From Chrysomallon squamiferum (lineage: Eukaryota > Animalia > Mollusca): 64,000 nucleotides of DNA. The notes under the pieces were generated by a model that had not been told where the DNA came from, ran no database searches, and worked only from the letters and a program-made list of their open reading frames with translations. The position numbers and the translations under genes were made by a program. The stretch spans positions 17,608,001 to 17,672,000 of the forward strand of contig CM022665.1 of assembly GCA_012295275.1 (NCBI GenBank), in the 5' to 3' direction. This document shows, piece by piece, positions 27,345 through 39,048 of this stretch (the first letter of the stretch is position 1; each line of letters opens with the position of its first letter).

Positions 27345-30300
27345 CTTCTTCTTTTCTTATTACTCATTAGAACATACCAATTTAAACAAAAATGTATATC
27401 AGCTTGGTTAGAAAGCATAGAAACAATTTTGCTATACATATAAATTGTAGGATATAAACAGTAGCACATCTTTGATGTTTACTTACTCTTGACATTTTCC
27501 CTCCACAATTAGAGAAGATCAATATAAAATCACCTTGAGAAATCTGAGGCACAGCAAGGGGCTCATGCAGGGTACAGTAATTCCGTAGCTAAAATCTATT
27601 CAGGAGCATGTCTCCGTCTTCAGCTCGCTCGCATTGATGCAAAGATGTGCAAGACCTTAAACCATGGTTTGTATTTAACTATTGGATTTATAAAGTCAAG
27701 TAGGCTTTAAGAAAAAAAAATATATGGTATACAAGGTAATTTTAAAAGTACAGTTATATGGGAAAAAAAGGAGGTATTTTTGGTTTTGAAAATAAATTGT
27801 TTGGAGCGAAAACATAGGAAGCCTTCATTAATTTTAAAATTGCGTGGGAATTTTTTAAAAAAAAAATTAATTATTATTTTTGACTATGGTTGGTGACTTG
27901 TGTATTTAAGAAAATGACCCCAAATTTTTACTTTGTTTACTTTATTTTCTTTCTTTATTTATTTCTATATTTCTTTATTTTTATTATTATTATTATTATT
28001 TTTTTTAATACATAATAATAACAATAATTAAGGAACTAGATAATCAGAAAGACTTTTAATTTATGCCAACTATTCATTTTGTAGGAGACAAGGTGTGGGA
28101 CGTCATATGAACAGCTTGAGCACATGAGAGCAGGCCTTGTCAAGTTATATTTGAGATTAAATTTGACCTATGTGTATTGTGTTGTGTCATTTAATTAAAA
28201 ACAAGTTTTAAATGCTTTAGTTTTTATTGACATACTGAGGGTTGGGGCTGTTTAGTCTGTTACAATATTTTCTACTTTTTTCTTTCTCAGATAATATAAA
28301 TTGTTTTAATCCTTTACACAATTCATTACTTTTACATTTTGAAATAACTATGCTGTTTTAGTTTATTTAATTTATATGCTTATTGCAAAAAGCTTTGTAA
28401 CATCTGCATCATGCAGGTAAATATATGCAGTGGGTGTGAATTAATGCATGTTATCTTCCCCTCATGTATCCCCAGATGCCTGACCCTAGAGAAATGCAGA
28501 TCAACCTAACTGGTTTTCTCAATCCAAAGAATGCCCGTGTATTTATTCAAGAGTTGTGGGAACTGCTGTGCAGTGCTCAGGAGAACGTTGGTGGAATACC
28601 TACAATTTTCTTGGAACAAAAAAAGGAAGAGATAAAAAGAAGACAGGTAATGATGGGGAATGTGATTTCATAGTTGAATTAGGTACCAGCAGTCAAAAAT
28701 CCCTTAGGTAAATCCTATGAAACAAATACATGGAAATGAAGATCATTATGTGTTCTTTTAAATGGTGAAGTTTTTGTTGTGTGTTAAATGTGGGGGTAAA
28801 CACTTCGGCACCCATTGTTAGCCATTACCAGTGGAGTAAAAAGTCCTAACAGGGGTTGCTCCACAAACACCTGACTTAACTACATGAAAATGGCTTCAGT
28901 GTTATTTTTAACACTAAAAAGAAAAAACACTATTTAAAATGATTATATTTCTATGTTTATATTTTTAATAACTTGAATAATGCATGTTTTATTATATGTT
29001 CTGAAATCTACAAATTAACATGTTTTGCCGATTACTATCTCTACCGTTCTCAGACAGGCAATTGTTTTGCTTTCAAAATTCTTTTAATAAATAGCAAAAT
29101 AAGAATTATAAACATAACAAACTATATTACATAACAGTACAATGTATTCAGTGAATCCAGGTAACATTTATTTATATATTATATATACACATCACAGTAT
29201 TTTAACGTATTACTAATAATTATTTAATAAGAGTGAAAAATTAAGCTGCTTTTGTAAATAAAGTTGTGCTGTTCTATATAAAGGTGTTGACCCATATGCA
29301 ATATGACTCTAAAATAAAATGCATCTGAAGGTCAAACAAATCAAATTAAAAAAAATTCTTACAATGACTGCAGCAATAGCAGATCAGCTGCTCTTTAAAC
29401 TATAAACAACAACAAATAAATGTTAAATTCTAATTAATTCTTGCTGAAACTACCCCGACTTGTTTTCTCAAAGTTTTGGGGCTTACATTGCCAAGAAATT
29501 CATGGTTGCTGTGGACCAAACTCTGCAGTGACTCACATTTTTACTTCAAATTGAAAAGGTAATATTTTGTTTATGGGCTTGGCAGAGGAAAAAAAAAGAA
29601 CGAATTTTTATTAAAAATGTTACTCTTGTATATCATTTGAAAGATCTTGACAAATTGTTCATAACACTGATTGAATGTTTCAGATGAAACCACAGTATCT
29701 GTTTGAACTTTTGATCATTTTAGAGGCATTCTGCCACATGTCATTTTGAAGATTTTGGCATGTTTAGAATGTTATTGTGAACACTCATACAAACATATAG
29801 GTCTGAACATTTTTTATCAACAAGTTGGTCCTAGCACTCTTGCTGACTTTTTTGTTTCAATTAATTTTCAAACTACAGTTGGCTAATGCGCCAAAATATG
29901 ATTGAAAACGGACCAAATACCTGTTGTACCAATTTGCATATATCTTTTAAACCACTGGAGATATAAGTTTTTGTGTGTTTTGTTTCTTCTTGCTACAGCT
30001 TTTATTTTGTGCTAATGTTCTTGCATATTACATGATATTAAAGTCAGAAAAAAATTTGCCTGCCGGTACCTACTTGATGCATGATGATGTAAAATGTTTT
30101 CTGATATATCTGCAAAGAAAGACGCCCCCCCCCAAAAAAAAAACATACTTGGTTTCTTTTGAGATAATTAGACTTAAGTATTAAATACGTTTGATAAGGA
30201 AAATGTTTTTGAAAAAGTAATTTAGTATTTGGAAATAAATTACAAACATGACATTCCAGCTGAGTTATTGTTAATAAGTTGCTTATTCAGATATGTTTCA

Positions 30301-33300
30301 GAGGGGTATAATTTCAGTTGTTTACTACTGATACTGATGTGTTCTAGTGGCAGTCATATCTTTGTCCTGAGTAAATCATTGATGTCATCAGAATTGCAAC
30401 ACATTGTGGTATTTGTTATGCTTGATAAACTTATAAAATTTTATTCCTGCAATAAATAAATGTATTTTTGTAATAATTGTTTATAAAAATTATTATCACT
30501 ATTTACTTCCTTTTTTATTATTATTAATCTTTCTTTTTTTTTTTTTTTTGTATAGGCTGAGCAAGAGAGGATCCAGGCAAGTTTAAAGAGGCATGAAGAA
30601 CACATCAGTGAGACCCTAGCAAAGGAGAGGAGAGAGAGTGAGAGAAAGGAATGGGATCGGGATCGGGATCGGGATCGGGATCGAAATCGTTCACCAAGAA
30701 GAGAAAGAAACAGATCACCCAAGTTTGAAAAGAACAAGGGAGATCAGAAGTAATATTCTTAATAAATATTAGATTTTATTGGATTTTATTTTTTTTTTTT
30801 TTTTTTTTAATTATGTCATATAAATACTTAATGCTTTGTGAGTTCGCTTATTTATCAGCTTGGCACATAACATGAAATAAAAAATTTCTTTCAGAAAAAG
30901 TAGGAGTAAGTCCAAGTCTTCAAGTCCTGTTTCTACAGTAAAGAAAGAAGAATCAAAAGCGTCACAGCCTGATTTGTCAGTGAAAAAAGATAATGAATCG
31001 GTGGGTGTGAAGTCAGAACAAAACCGCAATTCTCTGGTTGATGGGATCAAAGGAACAAGTAACGAAACGAAAGAGTGAGTCTAAATTTCAAGCAATATTT
31101 TTCTCTTGGAATTGTAGTTTATTCCTTTGATTACAGTATACTGCAAATGATGAATAAATTGGTCTTTCGGCAACTAATCATTTCTATTTTCATTTAAAAA
31201 GCAAATATAAATTTGTTCATAACTATTACCAGACTTCTTTCAAAATAAGTTTATACTGTACCTCAGATTACTTTTATTTGTACCAGATATGCAACATCTT
31301 TTTTTTTAACAAACCAGGAATGAAAAACCAAATGATACTGCTAACAAAGACAATAAAGAAAATAGTCCTGAAAAGAAAGAAAGGAAAACCAAAGAGAAAT
31401 CACGGTCTAGGTCGAGAAGTAGGAGCAGAGACAGAAAGAAGAGGAGATCACGCACACCAGAGAGAAAGAGGAAAAGAAGTAGAGAGCGGTAAATTCTTTC
31501 AGTGTTATCGTGGCTGTAACTGCAATGACAAGAAGTCAAAAATAAATTTCCACACATTTCTGACACAAAATTGAAATATAAATCATAATATAATAATCAA
31601 GTTTAAACCGTAGCTTAGAGAGAGATGTAGAAGCAGAGGGGGATAATTTATTAGTGTTAATATGCTGTAATTGCATTAACAAACAGGATTGAAATAAAAA
31701 TGTATATTCAAATCAGAATATGATAATCAGGTTTAAAGCATAGCTTGGAAAAATAATTATCACTTGTTTTACATTATGTTTTAAATATATTTTGTTACTC
31801 GACAGATCGAGGTCGAGAAATCGAAGAAGATCACCAAGGCGATATTCTCCAAAGCGTCGTTCAAGGTCACGTCAGCGACATCGGTCACCCCGGCGATCTC
31901 CAAGAAGAAATTCCTACAGGCGATCACCATTAAGATCAAGAAGAAGTCCTGAACCAAAGAAAGAGTCCAGAAGAAGGTATCATTTTAATTTGTTTGTTAT
32001 ATTATATTTTTATTATATTTTAAATTTTCATTATCAAATGATATTTATGTTTATGTTTATGTTTAAAAACAATTATTATTGTTTGGTTTTTTCTGTGGTT
32101 TTTTTCTTTCCCCCCAAGCAATAATTGTCTTGTGTCTAAAATGTACTTGGGTATGAACATTTTTTTTTAGGTAAAACATGAATACATTGAATTTTATCTT
32201 CTATATTTTAAAGACGTTCACCAAGTTCCAGTTCTGACAGTGACAGCTCCAGTTCATCTGCAGAAAAGAATAGAAAAAGGGCAGGATCTAGTACTGGCAA
32301 GGTAAAATGTTTATTTTATGAAAGGGAAAAGACAAAAAACAGTTTTAACTTGATGTGTTTTTCCATAAACAGTGATTTCAGAAAAGTAAAAACAAGTATA
32401 AAGAAAAAGTGACAAAGTTTAAAAATCCAAATTTTTAATTATTTAGTTAGTTAAACTTCAGATATGTCTTTTTCACTGATAAGTAAGAGTAGGTATTCTT
32501 CATCTAGAATCAGAAGTATGTAACAGTATAGGGAAAGTATGAAAGTGATGATAAAGGTTAAGTATGAACGTGATGATAATACACCTGTATTTGTCAGTAT
32601 AGGGAAAGTAACTGATGATAATGCACCTGTATTTGTCAGTACAGGGAAAGTATGACACTGATGTCAATATACCTGTATTTGTTAATATAGGGAAAGTATG
32701 ACAGTGATGACAATGTACCTATATTTGTTAATGCAAGAAAGTATTGCAGTGAAGACAATATACTTGTATTTGTTAATCAGGGAAAGTATGACAGTGATGA
32801 TAATACACTTGTATTTGTTAATTTAGAAAAGTATGACAGTGATGACAATACATTTGTATTTGTTTATGTAGGGAAAGTATGACAGTGATGACAAGGCATC
32901 GCCAGACAAAGTGGGAGTTCAACAGAGACGTCACTACAGAACACACATGGATACTGCAGAAGCAGATTCATCATCTGGGTCAGATTCTGATGAACCATGT
33001 AAGTAAATTGTAAAAGTAAAATACCTTCCTGTTCAGCATGCTAATATTTTGGCATTCCTTTGGCTTAGACTGTCGCTGAGTGTCACTGCAGATTTTTGGA
33101 AGACATGTAATGATTATACAGATTGTTACTGCATATTGCTACTCTAGCAATAGTTTTATTTTGTTTTTATAAATGAGTTCCATTTTTAACTGTTGAATAA
33201 AATTAACAGCTGTGTTATTCTTTCTTGTTTCATTTTACAGCCAAGTCAAGAAGACGTAGAAGATCTGGTTCACCAAGTCGCAGAAGGAGGAGGTCTCCAT

Positions 33301-36300
33301 CACCAAGACGACGTCCTTCACCAAGAAGGTATGGTCTAGGTTTCCAAATTTACATCAGTTGTCATATGCTACACCAAAACCAGTATCTGTATTGCAGATC
33401 ACTGAATTGTAATATTAAATAAATGGATGCTTTACAGCCATTACATTTTTACAGCATTTATATTGGGTTGCTCCATCATTTACTAGAATCTGTCATTAAA
33501 AACTAATTTCTTTTGCTTACTCTAGCTACAAGCTTGTGCTTGCTGGACTTAGCTTTTGTAACTTAGGTTAAATTGCTGCATGTTGCTTTCATTAAAAAAG
33601 GACACTACAGTTTATATGCAACTGCTACAAGTAAAATATCTGTTGTGTATATAACTAGAAATAATTATTACATGTTAATCCCCATTTTATAATGCAGATT
33701 CTCTCCAATAAGAAGGCGACGATCACCACTGAAAACCAACATGAAAAGGTGTGATCAGTGAAACTTTGGTTTTCATTTAGTAATTTTAAAAGTAGTCAAA
33801 AATTGATATCCAAAATGATTATCATTTATCTGTTAACATTGATCCTATGATAATTATTTCTTCTGCAATTATTTTCCATACAAATCACACAAAGGTGATG
33901 ATAATTCGCTGAAAATATCTGTAAACATAATTTAAAATAAGCTTTTTTCTCTGAGTTTATAATACACCTGTGCAGCAAATGTTTAAAATGAGCAGTAAAA
34001 TGTCAGGGATTATTCCAAAATATTGTTTTTTTTTTCTAATCATTGAAAAAAAGAAATGCAGGTAAGCACCAAAGTGACAGTGACATGTTGCCTTTATAAT
34101 TAAGCCAATATTTTCATCAAAATAGCTTTCTAATCAAAATAAAATAATAATTCTGATTCAAACTAGTTTCATTAACTCCAACAACCAACAATAATAAGAA
34201 ATCATGTATATCTCTGGCAATATACCTCATCTATAGAGGTCAGAAGGATAAGACTATTACATACTTTGGGTATATTTATGCTTTATTGAGTTAGTATTGT
34301 TGTTATTTTTTAATATTTTCTTTTTTTAGATTCTCTGCTAGAAGATTACGTAGTGATTCTGCTCCAAGAGGAAGTAACAGATTTCCAAGACGTTCAGTTT
34401 CAGAATCACCTCCTCGTAGACGAGTAACTCCTCCATGGCGAAGCAGAAGGTCTCCATCACCAGTCAGAGGTAGAAGATCACCTTCTCCTTACAGAGCAAG
34501 ACGATCACCCTCACCTGCTCGAGTAAGACGATCACCCTCTCCAGTCAGAGGTCGAAGATCACCTTCCCCTGCTAGGCATCATGGTTCTTCACCACCGGAG
34601 ATAAGTCGGAGATTATCAAGTTCAGTCTCTCCTCCTCCGAGACCTGGTAGAAAAGCATCATCTTCTTCTTCAGAATCTTCATCAGACTCAGATTCTACTC
34701 CGCCCAAAGTTACCACTGATGCATCTCCCAGAAAACGGCCATCTGCATCACCAGCACGGAAGAGAGCATCACCACCACCTCGCCGAAGGTCACCAACACC
34801 TCCCCCACCCAGAAAACGTTATTCCATATCACCACATCGCAGAAGAGGTTCTCCTTCTCCAGATAACAGGCGAAGAGTTTCACCCTCACCATCATCAAAG
34901 AGGAGAATCTCGCCTACTAATAGACGTCGACCTTCTCCAATGTCACCAAGCAGAAGAAGGGGACTCCCATCGCCATCACCTAGATACCGTCCCTCTTATT
35001 CTTCTCCACCAAGGAGAAGACATTCCCCTTCTCCAAGGAAGAGATCACCATCACCAAGACGACGATCACCTATGCCAGTTTCAAGAAGACGATCCTCACC
35101 ATCTCCAAGAATGCGGATGTCTCCACCACGACAAAGATTATCTGAGTCTCCGCCATCAAGACGACGCGAACCACGATCACCTCTGAAAAGCAGAACTTCA
35201 CCATCACCACCAAGAAGACAGAAAGTTTCATCAGTTGAAAAGTCAACCAAACATAGAGAAGTTTCCTCTTCATCCTCGGAATCACCACCAAGAAGGAGGC
35301 CTAGGATGGCAGCATCTCAAGAAAAGGAGACACCGGTGAGAGTTGTTAAGAGGGTACCTCTTTCTCCTTCACAAAGGAGGCAGCGATCTATGTCATCATC
35401 ACCTGTAAGAAAACATGTAGACTCGCCCTCCAGAGAAACCAAAGCAGTTTCTAAACGTTCTCATCGCAACAGCAGTTTATCTCCACAACAGCCTCATAAG
35501 AACAGTTACCGGGAAAAATCGCGAGAAAACTCACCAGATGACACTATTTCACCTTCATATCAGGCAAAAAGGCATGCATCACTTAGTCCAGATGTTCAGG
35601 TTAAAAGACGACATCCTTCTGAATCTGAGAATTATCAACGGCAAGAAGATGGGGAAGAGAGTGATGAAGAGGATGTGTATAAGAGAGTAATCATGGTGAA
35701 AAAGGAAGAACTGCCTGACATGTCTAGAAGACCAGGAAGGGTAGCTAGTCCCCATCAAAATGGAGAAACACCCAAAAAGAGAGCCAAACTGGAAAAGGAA
35801 GTCACTGGAAGTGAATCTGAGGTAAGTGTTTCCACAGATTTTGAACTTTTTAAAGTATTATTAATGATTATTAAAATCATTTATCTTTGTTCAGTTTACT
35901 CCTGAATTTAAACAGAGGTAAACCAAAGGGCAGTAGATAAAAGTTTCATACATAAATGGATCAAATTTTAGTGGGTTGTGATTATTCACACAAATCAGAA
36001 AAGATTTTTGAAACCATGGGTATAATGAAATCCCTATCATTAATTTTAAAATATTTTTCTGATTAATATATAGCTTAAAGTACTTTACATTTGAGTTATT
36101 TTACCATATATTTATTTACCTTTAGAATGACACTGTTTTGTGCTGAAGTGTCAACAAACAATCATTAATTTTAAGAAGAAGATGAATACAGCAGGATTTT
36201 TCTAATTCATTATTCAGAGTACTTTTGTTTGTACGCTTGGCCATCATCTTTGTCAATATTTCTGAAAAGTGGTTTCCAAAAACATTTTGCTCATTTAAAA

Positions 36301-36792
36301 TATCTTAAATACACACATATTTAGTTTTTTTAAACAAAATCTAAACAGATTATATACTGTCTTTTGGGATATATTTTCAGACTTCTGATGATCAGGGGTC
36401 CAAGAAAAAGAAGAAAAAGAAGGATAAGAAACACAAGAAACACAAAAAACACAAGAAGCACAAACACAAAAAAATTGAAAAAGATGATGAGGTAAAATAG
36501 AACTTTTCTTCCTTTTTTAAAAAATTTGTATTTTTATTTATTTGTTTACAGTTTTCTTTCTTTCCTTTTTCTCTTTTAGGGTATTTAAAAAGACATTTCC
36601 AACAGTTTGAAAATCTTACAGAAAAAAAAAAAAAAAAAAATCAGGTTTAAAATTTTACTATTATTATTATTTAATTTACTGCAGTTATCAGAGAGTGGTG
36701 AAGTGGAAAGTTTGGAGGAGCTGGAAAGAAAGCTAAGAGAGAAGGCTTTGGAATCAATGAAGGCCAAAGCTATAGAAGCAGGAGATGGTTAA
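25247..36792 (+). CDS. SRRM1: Serine/arginine repetitive matrix protein 1 (SRm160), PWI domain plus RS/RSP-rich region, ~1060 aa
   Basis: Exons 25247-25270, 25775-25864 (or -25870), 26362-26484, 28476-28646, 30556-30749, 30895-31074, 31318-31488, 31806-31976, 32214-32301, 32872-32998, 33241-33328, 33698-33748, 34330-35821, 36381-36491, 36685-36792. N-terminus MTDAGFFKGTTAEQDNRF..VDMAKVNVDTLKPWIAQRITELLGLEDDV..MQINLTGFL, the KKHKKHKKHKKH tract and the C-terminal LERKLREKALESM match SRRM1. Confidence 0.96.
32523..32894 (+). repeat. Tandem array of ~45-46-bp units (8 copies plus a partial), each copying the 3' splice site and first ~23 nt of SRRM1 exon 10
   Basis: Unit approximately TACACYTGTATTTGTTAATATAG|GGAAAGTATGACAGTGATGACAA. 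Only the last copy (AG at 32870-32871) continues in frame into GKYDSDDKASPDKVGVQQRRHYR. Confidence 0.92.
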
Positions 36793-37962
36793 AAAAATAA
36801 ACATTAAAATAACAACATGTGAACAGAGCACTTCAGTTAGATGAAATACCTGATCAAAGAAGAAGAGATTTTCAAGTTTTAAAAAGAGCAAGTTTATTAG
36901 TTTTAAATACATAAAAAAAATTTAAATTTAAAAAAACCCTGAGATTACATTGTGACAAATAGGCTCAACTAATTCTGTGCTGATCAGTATGGTTTTTCAT
37001 TTTTGTGAATGTTTTTAACACTGTAGGCCACTCTCGTTCCATTCTGAATGGAATTTGACATCCTGTTTGTTGCACCATTTTAAAAAAAAAAAAAAAAAAA
37101 AAATATTGACAGGTTATTCCTTTAATTTTAAATGTGTGTTATGTACAGAGATAATTTTATGTACCTGCTTGGTTAAACTTGAAGTAAATTTGTGTACCAT
37201 GTTTTTTAAAAATGTTTCTGAAGGTTGGCACAAGAGCTCTTTACACAAAAATTACTAAATGTTTAAAAAAAAAAAAGTGAAGATTTATTGAAAATTTGTT
37301 GAAAATCACCATTATGTGACCAAATAATTTTTATCCAATCATATATATATGTGCAAAATGAAATTAGTGGGGTTTTTTTTATGAAGTGCAAATTTTTAAT
37401 GTTCTGGTATTTCCTTTAACCTTTAGGTGATTGATCTAATTTCAAAACAATTCATTAGAAAACTAATTTTTAAATTTACATTTTCTGGGGGGTTTTCATG
37501 TTTTTTTTCTTCAGAATATAAACTTCAAAACAATTTTTATAGCTTGATCATTACTGTTTATCATATAAACTGTCAAAAGTTTCAAGCAGATCTTTGAGAA
37601 GCTTAATCAAAGAAAGTGCTACTTTTAACATGTTTTTATTACTTGAGTCTTTTAAATACAATTGTATTAATATCCACTCTGTTCTTTGAGGAATATCTGA
37701 CACATTTTACCAAATACACCTGAAAGCCTAATGGTATATATGTATGTTGTAGCATACTGTTGATAAATGGTATGAAGCATTTCAGTGTAAAAGAAAATGT
37801 GTGGGTATTAAAATATTGTCACAGTAGCAATTTGTTCTATGAATTATTGTTCTGTAGATTATCAGGTTTTAAACTGTCTAGAAATGATTTATGTATATAG
37901 TAAAAATATAAAACATTTCTTTTCCTTCTTTTTTTTTTTATTCCTCTTGATTTTGTTTTGAC

Positions 37963-38009
37963 AATAAATGAAAAAATAAATGCATGTTACAGAGTTTTTG
38001 TATTTTATT
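37963..38009. terminator. Facing polyadenylation signals of convergent SRRM1 (+) and SLC35F (-)
   Basis: AATAAA at 37963 and 37975 followed by GT/T-rich sequence. TTTATT (AATAAA on minus) at 38004. The AT-rich background makes such motifs common. Confidence 0.4.
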
Positions 38010-39048
38010 TTATCATATAAGTGTTTTTATTTTTAAAACTAAATCAACCTAACATCCTGATAAAAAAAACACTTAATCACTCCCAGCACCTAGTTGATAC
38101 ACAGTATCACTTGTACACGTTCACCTAACATACAAATTTATAACAATCACAGATTTCTGAATATTATGTAAAATAACTGCACTGTAAATTTAATGAACAA
38201 AAGATTTAAATATATTTTGTACACAAAACATATTAAGTTTAACTTTTTGTTCTAGTTAATAATTAACTAAAAAAAACTAAGTATATGAACTTTTAGGTCA
38301 AAAATTTGTAAACAGTATCTTTTATGGGGGTTTTTGCTGGGGATTTTAAAGCATTTTAGTGTGCAAACAAATTCCTTATTGCCATGCATCTGTTCAAGAA
38401 ACAACTATTATTTGGAAGTGACAAATATTTGACTATTTGTATTTTAAAAATCATAAATTCTATTTTTCACAATTTTGGATTTTCTTTTAACAAAGGCTTT
38501 CATCCCTAAAATGATGTGACATTTTGGTTCATTGCAGTTTGGTGACAGTTGAAAATGTAAATACAAATATTTTCTCACTTTCAGACATGTTTTACTGGGT
38601 TATTTTGTAAAGATTAATCACACTGGCAAAATGACTTTAAAAAATAGCTCTTGTTCCCTCAATATTTTTGAAATTGCGTGTTAAATTGGAATAAATTATT
38701 GATGAACAGTAATTATTTATCAAAAGATAAAGCACTGATTTCAACATACTGTCACATTTGATATGATTCTCATCTGGACCAATTATCTACTGATTTGATG
38801 GATTAAACAATGTTTTGAAGAGATACTTACATTGGAATCAATTATCATCTCTCCTACAGGTGAATTAAACACCAGTTTGAAAATACTGATAATTGTACTG
38901 GATCACTAATCACCTATTTGTGCATAAAACTGATTTGAAGAGATGGATCAGCATATTTTCAGTCAATTAACTGCTTGTGAATAGATTAATCTTGATATTT
39001 AGATTGGACATCATTAGTGAACACAAAAGACTGTCTTGGCTGGATTAA

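Noticed and set aside
27508-27572. U6 snRNA-like fragments (AGAGAAGAT; AGGGGCTCATGC resembling the antisense of GCATGGCCCCT)
   Set aside because: The matches are very short and on opposite strands. There is no ACAGAGA box or rest of U6.
29450-29540. Possible H/ACA snoRNA (two hairpins, ACA then TTT)
   Set aside because: No ANANNA H box between the hairpins, and the second hairpin is too short to hold a pseudouridylation pocket.
32523-32894. CRISPR-like appearance of the regularly spaced repeat
   Set aside because: The units are contiguous tandem copies with no unique spacers, lie in a eukaryotic intron, and there are no cas genes.
33890-33960. Possible intronic C/D snoRNA (GTGATGA..CTGA..CTGA)
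   Set aside because: No convincing terminal stem or recognisable rRNA/snRNA antisense element. Such boxes arise by chance in AT-rich DNA.
34710-35291. Overlapping and antisense ORFs (His-rich 155 aa; GDG-rich minus ORFs)
   Set aside because: They are shadows of the low-complexity RSPSP-coding SRRM1 exon in other frames.
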